A stretch of DNA of 53,567 nt, counting the filler, from Dirinaria sp. TL-2023a (Eukaryota): NCBI GenBank assembly GCA_051941275.1. It is 3 parts of 3 records of this genome, joined end to end, with 100 filler letters (N's around TTAATTAATTAA, not from the genome) between each part and the next. Parts side by side here need not be neighbours in the genome. Positions count along the whole stretch, not along the records: positions 1 to 17,817 come from JAVEBF010000411.1; 2 more parts are not named here. The stretch is one strand, 5' to 3'. The notes beneath the pieces are model-generated. The model was not told the origin of the DNA and ran no database searches. It saw only the letters and a list, made by a program, of their open reading frames with translations. Made by a program: the position numbers and the translations under genes. Below, one piece after another: positions 1 to 14,127 of the stretch. Each line of letters opens with the position of its first letter. Position 1 is the stretch's first letter.

Positions 1-259
1 GGGGTTTAGTGGGTGGGATTCCATGGAACAGGCACAGAGAAAGGGGGGAGGTATAGAACAGGATTGAGAAAATATCAGGGAAAGGATAGAAGCGATATAC
101 TTTAGTTTTTTAGTGGAAGGTTTCGATTGCTACATCTAAAGCTCAACTACTTAATCCTGCTTACCTTACCTTACCCAGCCGCGCAACCAAGGGGCAAAGG
201 GCAAATCTATTGACCAGTCAGTCTGTATAGCAGCCTCCGCCTATAAGGAACTACCTACC

Positions 260-1703
260 TTACCTCCGCGCGGCATCGCATTCTTGCAGGAAGCGGTAGA
301 TGCCCTGCACGCCCTCGTAGTCGGTGCTGGATGTTGTCGATTGCGGGAGGTATTGGTGTCGGATCTGCGGATCCTCCTCCTCATTGTACTCGCTGGTATG
401 CATGCTCTCGTAACCCGACGGCGAAGGGGTCTCGTAAGCAGGCGTGAGGACCGGATGCGTGATACGATCGAAAGTCGCGGTCGAGGATGGGGTACAGAGG
501 TCCGTCGTCGTCGTCGTCGTCGTCGTCGACGGCGTCATCATGCCTTGCCATTCGACCTGTTCTGGCGCGATGATGGTGTCAACGACGGTCTTCTGCTGCT
601 GCTGTTGGGGCTTTCTTTCGAAATACTCCATCCCGTCCTGTTCGTAGTCGTTAATGGAGTTTGAGCCTGGATGCCCTGCGGGTGCGAAAGGAAAGAGTAG
701 CGCCATTTCGACTTCTTTGCTCTCCTTCCAATCCTCGTCTTCACGCACTATGCCGCGGACGATGCCCAATTCTTCGCAGAGATTCGAAACGGTCTCGGCG
801 TCGCAGCCTGGGAAACGGATGCTCAGGGCAGGTCCTTTCGGTGTGCTTATCAATGAGAGCGGGAAATTGCCGAGGGCCGACAACCGCTTCAGGTCCGTGA
901 GAGTAAGCGTCAGATCGTTGACGGCGTGGGCGAAGTCTGTTGAAAGCGCATTCAAAACATTGTTGTCCAAGCTTGGCCGTTGCTCGAATCCAAGCGAGGG
1001 AAGTAGAGTAGTGATAGTAGGGCTCAACCTGAATTCGAGACTGGTTCCCTTGGCACTCGCAGCCTTGCAATTGTCGAATCTCTTCAGGGCTTTCTCTTGT
1101 GTTTTTGTTACGGTTTTGAAACGCTTGTTTCCAGTGGTGGGATCAACACCGTCGAAGCGAGCCTTTCCGCCTCCGACGAGCAAAGTACGGATTCCTGCAT
1201 TGACGTTATGAATGACTTGCGCCTGGCAGGTGGTTCCGCTGCTGAAATGCCTCGCCACGCCAAGGGTGTTTCGGGGTAAAGTTCCACAGGTCAGGTTTGG
1301 TCTGAGAGTCGACGCGAAGGGCACGGCACCTCTCTGACGAATGCATTTGGCTGCTTTGGTGGAGTTGAAGGAAGAGCCGTCATACGGCCTTGCCTTCGCA
1401 CTGGAGATGTTGTTGCGGACGGTGTGCAGCCAGCGTTGAGCGCCTGACTGACGAGTACGGGACAGGGGGTGGCTAGAGTAAGGCTCATTCGAGATACGAA
1501 TAGGTTGGAGGGCGTAGTTTGCCGTCCTAGCAGTAGAGGAAGTGGCGGCGCTGCTGGATTGAGGAATTTTGGATCGGACCTTCGAGAGGGCATATCTGAT
1601 AAGGCTGTTAGGGGGTTACACTGGTAGACGAAGAAGCATGGACGGCTTACTTAAAAATCTTCATGGCCTTGGGGACCAGAAGATGCCCGCTGGAGGGCGC
1701 CAT
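260..1703 (-). CDS. Conserved fungal protein, probably Spg5 (stationary phase protein 5)-like; 2 exons
   Basis: ATG at 1703 (MAPSSGHLLVPKAMKIFK). Intron 1650-1596 (GTAAGC..CTAAC..CAG) splices in frame into ORF 260..1324 (PFASTLRPNL, GGGKARFDGVDP, YEGVQGIYRFLQECD). The family call is from memory and is less certain than the gene model. Confidence 0.7.
503..528. repeat. (CGT)n coding microsatellite, poly-Thr on the minus strand
   Basis: About 8 CGT units read directly; the ORF shows a TTTTTTTTT run. Confidence 0.9.
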
Positions 1704-2850
1704 TATCGGTGAAAATCAATATCAAGTGGTTGTACTTTCATAGGAGCCGAATGGGAAGAAAAGAGGCATCGCATCATGTGGCAAATGTACTGCAGGCTTG
1801 GTTGGTTTGCTTTAACCGTATCCGGGAAGAGAGCCTTGGCACCACAAACGGGTACAGTATGTATTCGGGCCGGGTTTTCCCCGTACCCCCTCCACCTTAT
1901 TTAGGACGAATTTGATATGTACCGTGGAGAAGGCGAGCGAGGGAGGACATTTGAAAAGACTTTATGTATACACAGCATCACTGTATCGCGATATGACGCT
2001 GCGCAATTGGAGTGGAGGCAATCCCACAATCAGATTACGGATCTGTCTTTGCATCCTTATCCTTCGGTTTTCGTATGATAAGGGCAGATTTCAAAAAACA
2101 CTGGCTGTGGGTATGTATGAAGAAGCCAAAGCAAGTACCTCGTCTGAGAAAGCCAATTCGGAAAACCTTACAGGCGGGCTTGCTATAGTAGCCTGGAGCG
2201 TCCTTGCGCAGGTAGGATCAAATGTCGAGGGGAGTCAAATCGATCAAAAGGCGTGGAAAGGCGTGGAAAGACGTGGAGAGAACTCTGAGAAACAAAGTAC
2301 ATGAATGTGTAATGGCTTACCTATAGCACTGCTTTTCTACTCTAATTGCGCAGGGCACAGTACTGTCCGCCGTATGCCATAGCGAGGTGCCATGATTTCT
2401 GCAAGGATAACAAAAGAAATAATCACTGAATAAGGCCCAATCATGGTGCAATCTGCAGCTGAGATCCCGCTATGCGTCCGATGAAGCTCCCTAGAACACC
2501 CGCTGAAATGCCGTATGCCAAACTGATCCATCGAGATGATATCCCCAAGTCTTGATCCCTTTTTCTCTTCTTCGAGAAGCACCGTTCAGCATGTTGCTCA
2601 TTGGATTGACATCTGGCGACATACAAGTTGTCCGCCAGCGCCTTGTCGCTTTGTTCCAGGAGCAAGACCGATAGATTCCTAACTCCGTGCTTAATGACTC
2701 GGGCCATATGTAATAGCTATGACATGGTGAGTTGGCCATTTCTCACGAGCATGTAAGCCTCCATTGATTCTTCATGCGGTATTTTTACAACTTTGGCGAA
2801 GCAATGCCAAAATATCAATTGCCAGCGGCGTGAGGTGAATAATCCACGTT

Positions 2851-5800
2851 CTACCGCTCGAGCTGGTCTTTAAGGTCTGGATCAAGCATATGACTTATCT
2901 TCTTTCGATTCTTCATATTGGTGGCTCCGTTTCTCCATGCCGCTCGGAGCTTGTCGAAAGCTGGCCTGTCTGCACCTGATCCTTCGTTCTTGACGAGATC
3001 CACGTAGTCATGAGCAATGTCATCTGCCATGACCTTCTCGCCAATCATAGAAGCGTTATAGTACTGCACGAGGTTCTCCAAACCAACGCTCGAGTCACGT
3101 TTGGTCGCGTCTTCGAAAGCGGTACCGCGGAATTCCTCATACATGCGTATATTGAAATTGCGAATTAGGAAGTGTGACCAAAATTGGTATAGAATTTCCA
3201 TGTCGCGGTGACAAATACCGGATCCAGTCTGCTGGCGTTGCCGCAAAGCGTTAACACGAAAAATATTGTAAGACTCGTGGGTCAAATCACTGGGTAAAGA
3301 GTCGATGGGTGTCTCTTTGTCTTTCACCCAAAAAACCGGGGAAGCACTGCTATTAGCCTGGCGTTTTGGTGAGCTCAGACTGAAGGGGCTGCGTGATCTC
3401 TGTCCTCCGTTGAGGTCGTTTCTACGAAAGTCAGTTTGCTGAGCCTTTAGAGTACTCAAAGGTTTGTCCTACAGCTCAAATGTCCCGGCACCATTAATGG
3501 CCGGCCGCGATTGATGTTCCTCAAATTTCGCAAGCTCTTCGTTGATGGTCCGCCCATCAACAGAGCCATTCGAAAATGTGCGTGATGCAGCTGACACAAA
3601 AGGGGGCGGCTGAGGTGTTGACGTGTTCACAGCCTTCCGACAAATGATCATAAGACTCTCAACCTGCTCATCTGTGAAAGAGCTTGCTTTCTGCGCGTGT
3701 GGATCTAGAGGAGACGAACCATGGCCACTGGTAGGCGTTAGGCTTGACGCAATATCAGGTACCGCAGTAGATATGGGCGTCTGTAAGACAGGAGTTCCAC
3801 TTATAGTTCCATTGATCGTCGATGCTGGCTCGTTTGAGCCAAAGGGATGATTGAAGCCTTCCGGCTTGGACGAGCCATCATCAATCACGGGCGCTTGAGA
3901 CTGGTAAGCTATCGAAGGTTCTGCAACAATATCATATCCATAAGGCACGCCAGACACAGGTGGCTGTGGAAGTCGAGGCTGCTGTAAGTGAGCTGGACCT
4001 TGATTCTGCGCTGAAGGGTCTCTCTCCTCCATGCCAAGTACCCATTGCTGCCAGCCTTCTCGCTTGCGTAGCCGATCGATTCCATCTGCTGCGGTACGTA
4101 TTTCAATATTGGGCGAGTTCATACAAACCAGTCTAATTAGGTCCATATCTTGTGTGAGCTGTCGGATGCGATTGAAGTTTGCTATGACACTGAGAAAAAC
4201 GAAGCCTTGAGAGTCCATATGCTTTCTGAGGAACATGTCCTTGCAAAGGTTGTCGAGAGAAAAGTAGTATTCCCTGGTCAAAGTTAGCCCATCTTCTTCC
4301 GATCATGAAGATTGCACGTACATTTGCATGGCAACCATCCCGTATAGCGAAAAGTGTTCGCTGTAAGGGTTGTGAGGGACAGCACTCATGACACCCTGTT
4401 GCCCAGGCGGGTACCCATAAGTGTTTGCTATATCGGTCTGGATGTTGGCGAGATGAGGTGGTCCGGCATATGAAGCATTCGGATATCTGCCGTAGGATCC
4501 TGGATGCGCGATGGACCGCGAGCGCGAATTAGAGCGCAGATTACGTGGATGATTGTATGATTGTGAATATGATGGCGCTTGAGCTTGCGAGACTTGGCGG
4601 TCGTGGTTGGTATGCAGTTTTGCTGTTTGCATGGACGGGGTTTGGTTTGAAGCTGGATGGCCATTTGGTACGCCATGTCCATTGGTATATGAGGCATTCG
4701 GGAAGCCTTGGTGGCCACTGCCTCTGGAACGGTAGCCGCCCCGACCACGGTCCAGGCGACCGTCACCACGTTCGCGGATTGGAGCAGGCCCAAAAGGGTC
4801 TCTTGGATAGTCAGACGGCCGAGGTGCCTCGTTCCGCCGGTCAGGTCCACCAGGTCGCGCAAAAGCCTGAGTATCCGAGGTTGTACTTGAACGCCTGTCA
4901 CCTAAGTCCACAGAGACCTGATATGCTTGCCCATTCGATCGGCTCGTGTCAACACTGCTTGATTTGACGGCGGGCCCTCCATAGCCTTCCCTTTCCGTCT
5001 GCTGTGCAGTAGCAACGGCACGGTTTCCATTGAGCAAGGTAGACTTGTCTATGTTTGACTTCGGGGCTTTTTGATCGTGTTCCTTTCGTTTCTCGGTAGA
5101 GGAAAGATCTCCAGCTTTGCGTTGATCTCGGGCAGTTGGAGGCCCGGCGCTTGCGGATCTCTTGGGTCTCGACCCAGATGATGCATGTTTCAATGGGTTG
5201 TAATCTAGTCTTCCTCCCTCGGTTGAAGCTGCGGATGGTTGATTGTTGGAGCTGTCCTGAAGGCTTGCAGCTACTTTTTCGGTGTCGTTGCCACTTTGAG
5301 CCGTGCTGCCTCCACGACCGGTACCACCATCTCTACTGCCACGATTCGGACGGCCACCTCCTCTACGTGTCTGCGGAATAGGCGTGTTGAACTTGGCGGT
5401 AGGCACAAATGGTATTGTCACCCACTTGGGCTGACCGTGAGGCTTTGACAGAGATGTGACACCTTTGTCTTTCTCGGCTTTCTCGGCGCGTTCTTGCGCC
5501 TTTCTCTTCTCCTCACCCAGAGCGCTGTCTGGAGTAGGCCAGGACATCGCATCTCCTGGCGCCGCTAAAGGTACAGTGGCTAGTGCATTCGCTCTCTGCA
5601 TTTCTGACGCTTTCGCTGGCTTAGACGCAGGCTTTGTAGGGACCTCATCACCATTGCGCACTTTGCTGTCTGGCAGCTTATTTGCGTCTTTCGTGTTCGC
5701 TGCTACAATTAGACCTTCTGTGCCGTGAGGATTTCCTTTCGCTTTCCTCTGGTTATCTAGCTTCTTCGTCTCTGTATGGTTCCTGGAAAGGCCGGCATTC

Positions 5801-6369
5801 TCTGGATGGAGCTCGGCAGACCCAAAAGCCAGCGAATTTGTCTGTTTATTGGCTCTTGTTTTCGCCTCCTGAGCCTCCTTTCGCTGATGCCAGAAGTTGA
5901 CTGCAGGCAGAGGGGCTTCTTTCAGCGCTGCAGGTGCCGGTGCGTCGTCATTCCAAGAAGGCTCGCTGGATGGCTTCTCCGAGTCAGGCTTCTCCGCAAC
6001 CTTGATACCATTCTGAGAATTGTCGGACTGCCTATCAGAAGTCGACTCCGCAGAGCCATTTTGCGGCGAGAATGGTTCATCGTCCTTGGTTAATGTCGAG
6101 GTAGAGGTTGCACCGAGATCGGGCGAAGACGGCGCAGAGCTTTTGTTGGCTGTCGCTTTCCCAGGTGATGCGGTTTCCGGGTTTTGTTTGAGCCTGAGGT
6201 TGTCGCTCGGCGATGCTTGACCTTCGCTGGCTGTTCGCTTCGTCGATGGTTTCTCTATCTCCAGGGCAGTGTTGGGAACTGATGGCGATCTTCCTTTGGC
6301 CGCTTGGGCATATGAAAATGTAGTACCAGCTGCGTCGCCGGCCGGCTTGTGAGGTGTTGTCGCTGCCAT
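2851..6369 (-). CDS. La-related RNA-binding protein (LARP1 type: La motif plus C-terminal DM15-like region); 3 exons
   Basis: ATG 6369; introns 4321-4274 and 3472-3422 join three ORFs in frame. La motif QMEYYFSLDNLCKDMFLRKHMDSQGFVFLSVIANFNRIRQL; DM15-like LYQFWSHFLIRNFNIRMYEEFR..AFED..GLENLVQYY; RGG-rich disordered N-terminus. Confidence 0.9.
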
Positions 6370-7143
6370 AGCCGTGACTGGCAGTAAGCTCAATAAGCTG
6401 GACTATAGATACGTCTGAACGGAGACGGCGACAGTGATCGTCCACTGCTATCGAGCTCCTACCGACCCCAGGCTTTAGAGGATCGAAGTGACCATCCAAA
6501 GCTCTGAAGTTATATTATGTATCGAGGAGCAATCAAATGTGGGAGCTCCGCCCACTGGTCCGCCTGCACAACTCGCCCCTAGCCTACACAATATCCTCCA
6601 AACTTAGGGAAAGTGTTGCTTGTGACCAAGAGGGATTCAAGCGTTGTGACTTGTGAGCGATTTTTGGCTCCGTTGACTTAGACTAGAACACAGGGTGAGC
6701 ATTCTGTGGAGTATTTGAGTGTTGGCCGCCAAAACTCACGTTTTGGATGTGAGGATTGCGGAGAACGTCACCGACTTCCAGAGGAGGGCTTCCCAACAAT
6801 GGTAGTGCAAACACGATTCGGCGCGGTGGGAGGATCCTGGGTGGGGGTTGAAAAGCAGAATGTGGTCGTAGGAAGGAGAGCAGTGACTCGTGGGGATTGC
6901 GGATGTTTGTCACTTGCATGCACACTCGGTCGGGCAACAACAATCAATCTTGAGGGTAGGAAATAATTCCCACGCTGGCTGAGTGTAGCAAGCCAAGTGG
7001 GAATTAAGCGGGAGAGTGCACACAGAAGATTGAAGCAAAGGATCAGGATGTCAGAGGCGAACGCAGCAGTCAAGGCGGGTGGAGGTGTAGGTGGAGTTAC
7101 TTTTGAGTAAAAATTCCCAAGCTAAAAAGTTGCGTAGTGCGCA

Positions 7144-7235
7144 CCGAGACCCTAGAGGTACTTTGACTCTACAGTACTGACCTTAAGGTATCTTACCTTA
7201 CCCGAGACCCTACCTTTATCATACTCTACAGTACT
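7144..7235. repeat. Degenerate two-unit tandem repeat, period about 58 nt
   Basis: CCGAGACCCTA at 7144 and 7202; ACTCTACAGTACT at 7166 and 7223. Confidence 0.75.
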
Positions 7236-7801
7236 CGTGCCTCACCTTACTTTACCGAAAATAAAGCTCCTCAAATAAGGTACCTCATAAAATCCCCTAC
7301 CACAACCCTGAAATTCTGGGGGGAAAAGGTCTGCAAATTAAAATATTTTAAGTACGAGTACAGAGATTGAACCAATTTGGTCCCCTCGGTCGGGCTTATT
7401 TGCCTATTTGATCCCACTTTCATTGACTAACTACCACATTCATCGTGCCCCGGTCTAGCTTCAGGGTCAGCACTGCGGCCGAGCAGTAAGGTACAAAGTC
7501 AATTTCCAGAAATTATGGATCTGAATACACAGGCCCATTTCCCCCAAGTTTATATACGTCTAGAAAGGATGGCTCTTGTTTCCTCAACCTGTGGATGAGT
7601 GTAGGAGGTTGGTGGAAGGGGAAGCTCAAAAACGTTCAGCAATCGGGCACATAATAATTCGTAAGATGCCCAATGGCAACTCGTAGGTTGAACACCCAAG
7701 AGTCCACGTTCGTATCTTCATCGTGGCTTGTCAATAAATAAATTTTCTCGCATGCTCTAACCTCTCAGTGCCGTTGGTGCGATCCACCCCTGCTGTGGCA
7801 A

Positions 7802-9115
7802 TTATCCCATCTGACTTGCTCTCAAATATCTTGTAAAGCTATGATCATCAGCCGATCCCCGCCCTGCTGATCTGCCTTCATCTGCCAGTGCTTGTTTGTA
7901 TCGTCCCTCAAGCCCGTTCCCTGAGGAGACTCCTTCGTCATCCCCATCCTCGTCGTAATTCTCCTCATCAGAATCCGCGTGTTGAGCTTCTGAATCGGAG
8001 CCCGTGTCATCATTCATATCACTCAGGGTATCTATATCATGATTTTGAGTAGATTGGCCACTGATCAGGCTGTCAGATTGTTTCTTGCTGCTGTTGGCAA
8101 CGTTCATGTCTTGCATGAGTTTATCAAGTTCCTTCTCACGCCGAGTCTCTTTCTCGTGCTGGCGTTCCTTTCTCCTCCTTTCCAGCTCAGGCCTGTAGTC
8201 TGCTTCGAATTCATTGGCCTTTTCGTCGACAGCTTGGAAAAACTCATCGATTCCATGACCCGTCATCGAGCTGACAGGTACTAAACTCAAATGGCGGTAG
8301 AACTCCTCGAGCACCAGACTCATGCTGTTTAGTAGCGAGGCCATGTACCCGCTGCCACCGCCAACGCCGCTGGTGGCTCCTTCGATCCCACCAAAGCTTC
8401 CCTTTTCTTCCTCCCTTTTGAGAGCCGCTTGGAAGGCTTCAAAGTCAGTCATCCATTCTTTTGCAAATTGTGCATCCTGAACGTCAGTCTTGTTGAAGAC
8501 GAGAATCATTGGCAGCTTGGTTTTATAAAGGATACTACAGGCATACAGCATATTGCTCATGAACGTGCTAGTTGAGCTTGTACGGGGGGTGTCGATGATG
8601 TACGCAATGACGGTAGGAAATGTTGAAGCTAATGAGTCCAGAAGAATACTCCCAGATGCGCTCCATACGAATACTTCGATTTGCCCAGGAGTATCCACGA
8701 TAATATTTTTAATTTTCTTAGAGTTCGGTGTCTCCGGATTTGGAGATGTACGCTTCTCTAGTATGTTCATCACCTGATCTATCTTGGTAGCGAAGATATT
8801 CAGAGAGGTGAGAATGCCACCATTGGGTCCGAGATTGTACTCTCTCATAACTTCCTTGTAATTGAGCGAGTCCCGTATGTCGATATTACTATCAAAAGGC
8901 ACATTGCGAACTGCCGGGTCCAGGTTGATAAGATATGGGGGCTCACGTTTTGCATGAAGGTGAGAGTTAATCCTCTGCATGAAGGTGGTTTTGCCTGAGC
9001 CTGTAACCGGTTTTGTTAGCAGAGTAAAGCAAAGTGGCTTAATGCTTCAAAACGCGTTGATGCACTGACCTGCCATACCCACGCAGACAATCGCCACAGG
9101 CTGCGTGGTTGCCAT
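7802..9115 (-). CDS. NPA3: GPN-loop GTPase 1 (Npa3/XAB1), RNA polymerase II biogenesis; 2 exons
   Basis: ATG 9115; intron 9069-9001 restores the P-loop [36 protein letters not shown] and NKTD motifs; acidic tail. Confidence 0.95.
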
Positions 9116-9560
9116 GATTCCTTTTGTACGGGTTTAGCACTTCGTGTTTACCATATGATTGAGTGTCCAGTGATATCTGCACGATCGAGCTGTATTTGTG
9201 CATTAAGTGTTCTCCTACTGATAATGAGGACAATTGCAAAGAGTGACTTCTGGGTGATGGAAGACGATCGAAATGTTTTAAGAACAAGTTATGTAGGTAT
9301 GACTGAACTCGAGGACCAGAAACATTTGATCTGCAGACCGGGAGATCAGCGGGGCTACTTGAGACCGAGGCAAGCTAAGACCTAAGGGGTTGATACCTTA
9401 CTTATGTAGGTTAGGTGAGGTAGAGCCGCAATACCTTAAGGTACCTTACCTAATCACCTGCAGTTATGGATCACTCCAAAATCAATTGCCAAGCCCGCCA
9501 TATTTGTACTTCGATGCCACTTGCCCGTCACTTTCATACTCCGACCAAGACGGCGACGGA

Positions 9561-11696
9561 ATGACATTGGAAGACTTTGAAAAGTCTTTGGCTGGTGATA
9601 AGAAAAGGGTCGAGAAGGACAGGTCAGACAGAGAGGTTGATCGTCGACACCGGAAGCACCATCATCACCACCATCACCACCACCATAAGCGCAAGTATGA
9701 CGATGGATCAAAGAGCGACGAGCCCAGGCCTAAGCGATCGAGGCGATCTCACGCAGATTATCCCCACACCAGCCCTCATGAGCAAGACAAGCTTCCCGGA
9801 AATGCACACAGGGAAGCCTCGGACAATGAAGAAGGGCCGGCCAATAAATTGAAGCGAGATTCTTGGATGGAGTCACCTTCTGCATTGGAATCTGAATGCA
9901 TACGGAATAGTAGGAAAGCACCATCTGAATCCCTCAAACCCACAATCCAGTCCGATTCCGTGCTGAGAATCCATGAGAAGGAATTGAACAAGGATCATCT
10001 GAAAGATCTTACAGAGGAGCGACAGACGCCGGAAGGCACAGGAGAAAAGCCAGCACAACACGAAGTTGACTACGTCTTCGGCGACATAGGTTCACAATGG
10101 CGTATGACGAAGCTCAAAGGTGTCTATCGGCAAGCTGAAGACGCCGGAAGGGCTGTCGAGGACGTGGCTACAGATGTCTATGGGGGCATTAGCTTGTTCG
10201 ATGATGCTAGAGAGGAGCAAGTTGAGCTCGAAAGAAGAGATACCTACGGGCCTGGCTACGTGGGCAAAGTAAAGCCTAGCGGGGAGCTCTTCCAAGAAAG
10301 AATGATGGAGAAGGGTCTTAGAAACAAGAGCTCTCCAGGCGGGAATCGGAGCCTCCCTGAAACTACTGCAATCCCGACAGAAATCCATACCAAAGAATCT
10401 CCGCCAACTACATTCCCGCTCGATCATACCGCACTAAACAGACTTAAAGCTCAGATGATGAAGGCAAAGCTGCGAGGCTCCGCAGACGCTTCAAGACTAG
10501 AGGCTGAGTACGCCGTAGCCTTAGCTTCTTCTGCAAGAATTGGAGAGGCGGATACCGTTGTGCTCGGGACTATGGACAACCGAATGCTGGCAGGTGGTCG
10601 AAAGGGTGAAGTTAAGGCCATTGACAACAAGCGTGGACGCGAGCGCGGTCTCGTGGAGGAAAACGAGGACATGACTATCGAAGACATGGTCCGCGAAGAA
10701 AGAAGAGCACGTTATGACGCTCGAGACGAAGGTCGACACTTCGCCGAGAGGATAGCGAAGGATGGAAAGTTTGACGTGAGTCTAATATTTATCTTACACT
10801 TAGACCTAGCTGATCGGCCAACAGAATAATTTGGACTATATGGACGAGAATGCCTCAAAGTTGGCGAAACGCGTCCACAAGTCAGACATCAATCTCAAGA
10901 ATATTGCCATATCAGATTTCCAGAAGCTGAACAGGATTCTTGACAACTGCCCCTTGTGCCATCGAGAAGACACGAACAGTCCTCCTGTAGCACCGGTCGT
11001 CTCTTTAGCCACTCGGACGTACTTGACCTTGCCTACTGAGCCTGAAATCAGTGATGGTGGTGCCTGCATCGTGCCCATCCAACATAGGGTGAACCTGTTA
11101 GAATGCGACGATGACGAGTGGGAGGAAATCAGGGTAAGTCTCGCTATTATTTAAGCTAATGATGCATGATCTGACTTATGTAGAACTTCATGAAGAGCTT
11201 GACCCGTATGTATCACGATCAAGGTAGAGACGTCATCTTTTACGAGAACGCAGCTGCACCTCAGCGCAAGAAACACGCAGCCTTGCAAGTTGTGCCGCTG
11301 CCCTACAGCCTTGGGGAGACAGCGCCAGCTTTCTTTCGAGAAGCAATCCTTACTACAGACGAAGAATGGACGCAACACAAGAAGCTTATTGACACGCTTG
11401 CAAAAGCGAAGCAAGGTCTTGGTAAAGCAGCATTTCGCCGAACTCTTGTTAAGGAGATGCCTTACTTCCATGTATGGTTCCAGATCGATGGGGGTCTCGG
11501 GCACATTGTCGAGGATTCCAACCGATGGCCCAAAGGCGATCTGTTTGCGAGGGAGATTATTGGAGGCATGCTTGACAAAGATCCTGATGTTATCAAGAGG
11601 CAGGGTCACTGGAGTAAGGCGGGCGATAGTAGAGTCCATGGTTTTCGGACACGGTGGCGTAAATTCGATTGGACGCGAGTCCTGAGCGACACCTAA
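9561..11696 (+). CDS. cwf19: Cwf19-like (CWF19L2, CwfJ C-terminal domains) spliceosome-associated protein; 3 exons
   Basis: ATG 9561; introns 10776-10824 and 11134-11183 are in frame. Motifs WRMTKL, CPLC, IVPIQH, DEWEEIRNF, PYFHVWF, WRKFDWT; poly-His run near the N-terminus. Confidence 0.9.
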
Positions 11697-13996
11697 TGCT
11701 TAGGTCGGGGTTCCCCGGAGCGTCCACCTCCAAGAATGAAGGTATCTGGTGCGCTCTGGAGATATTATTGGGGAATTGCTGGAGGAGAGCGGTTCGCAGA
11801 ATTTCAAGGACTACAGGGTATCAAGATTGGGCATCTCATCCGGCGCAAACCCACGTATAATCCGCGTTCACTCCCCTGGCACGGAGCTTTTTGTCCCTTG
11901 TCGTGTAGAGATCCAAAGCCGTTGGCGACACGAGAAGAGTCCGATATCGCTCAACAAGCAAGCCAACCAAAGCGCAGATTCTTAGATACACGGCCACGCT
12001 CCCATGAGAGATGCAAGGGCTCCTTCGCGCAGGTTTTCGGTGGGCTAGTAGGCTAATACCTGATGGGCTTCCGCAGTACTGTGAGATCGAATCCTAATAT
12101 CGCCAGCAAACGGGCACAAGAGCAAGCATAATCCCAAGATATGCCGCAAGCGGGCTTTTCGCATCGCAATCATCAACCCTCGCTATCCAATGATTCCCCG
12201 CATTTTATTCATGAGCTCAGACTTTTTCATCACGTCGTCTCCCCAGATCCAATGAAAGCATGTCGGCTCTCTCAAGGCCCCGTTTCACGATCAAATTGCC
12301 CGGCCTGCAATGTCATCACCTCGCGGGGGGCGGGGGCTTGATGTAGGTTCAAAGCCATCGACTGCGGCCTTTCTGCGAAGGCCAAGTACATACCAGTGAA
12401 ATACGGCTTGGGATCAAAGCTACCGAAAGCGCGAGCAAGGGCAATCTTGGTTATTGCGTGGAGCGCCATCGTTGAATCGGATAAAACGCACGACATAGAT
12501 GCATTAGGTGAGATCACATGCCGATGCGTATGCTCTTACCCGAAAATTCTCCTGCAACTTATTTTCTCAGGTTTCCCTTTTGCAACCGTGCACTCGAAAG
12601 CGAAAATTCAAATTCAAAATCGCTGTCGCTTGGGGTTTTCGTTTGGGCGATCAACATGGGTGCTTGCAGCACCCCGAGTGGGGAGAAGATGCGATCATGC
12701 TATCTTGCTTCCAGCTGGGCTTATACGCGTAGTACGAGTACTCGCTCGTCCTTGGTGCGATGTTTGATGAACCAAGGCCGTGTTTCAGCGTAGAGGGCGA
12801 GACAGGCTAGATGAACACTTTGAGCATCCAAGGCCAGTGCATGCCAGATTGTGATCATCAAGGACACTATTATTACCACCTCACTTCACTCTACGGCGCG
12901 CAATATGTTTTTCCGTGATGAGAATAGTATCTGATAATTTGCCCTTGCGCCCCGTTGTTTTGGGGGCCATTTCAAACTGACAGGGGGAGTATGTCATTAC
13001 CGTGAATATTATTGCTTATTGCGCTTCAATCTGCGGAGCTCCTGCATACCGTTGGCGAAATGATAGAGGGTAAAACTCCGCGTGGTTGAGCCGCTGGGGT
13101 GTGTGATGTGTGTGAGGAAATGGGTTACTGGGAATTGGGAAATCACACCCCTGGGAGGCTGGAAGGGAAACATGGATGATGAGGGGGAAAAGAGGAAAAG
13201 CTCAGGAGCGCCCGTGAACCGTCCACGCTCCACGGAGTCCACGCTGTCCATCAAACGAAACGGCTTCTACTTTAAGCGACCGTTGCTACGCGGCGCATCC
13301 CCGCTTTCTAGAAGAACTCTAGTCACCTTCCAGAAGTTGAAAGGCAAGAACAGTGGCTGACACGTGCTAGTCCCGACCAAAACTTGGTGTCTCCGACTTC
13401 AGTTGATCGTGTCAAACAATCCTACATGCGGACCATTGAACGGGAAGGTAGCGAGGAACTGCCCCGCATGCAACGGTCGCTGGCGATGCAGGATCAAGGT
13501 ACTTCGTACATATAGACTTCGGTACCTCGAGCAGCACGGCCAATCAAGGAAGCATGCCGAATGGACAAGAACCACCCGACTGAAATCGATCATGTGTGGA
13601 GGGCAGGGTTGGTTTGAGAGGCTGCAGCATCAGCTAAACGGCGGAGGGGACTCCACTCTGAAGCATTGCTCTATCTCGTCTATAGCCGGCCAAAGCATGG
13701 CCCAAGCAGAGTTCAGCGACTGCTGTAGCTTCGATTTCTAGCCAATCTTCAATATAGCCGATACTAATTCTCCATTCGCTTCCGTGCCATTTATTTCTCC
13801 TGAGCCACGGCACAGACTGTGGTACAGATTGCTGCCCATTTCCACTCCGTTGCGAGAAGAGAAATCACCAAATATCGCCTTTGACTCGTGGTTTTATTTT
13901 ATTTCCTTTTTGCCAGAGTTCCGGGCTGTACAGAAGTATTATTGCAAACAAATATATTGACCTTTGCCATCCGCACCCATTTGTACAGTTTCCCAG

Positions 13997-14127
13997 CTAC
14001 TGTTACAACTACTATAAAATTACTACAACTACAACAACCACTATTACTGCTACTACTAGTATTACTACTACTATTACTACGACTCCTACTCCTACTCCTA
14101 CTACTACTACTCCTCCTACTGCGACTA
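13997..14127. repeat. Imperfect (ACT)n/(CCTACT)n microsatellite
   Basis: Read directly; it produces the spurious poly-Thr and poly-Leu ORFs in the ORF track. Confidence 0.9.
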
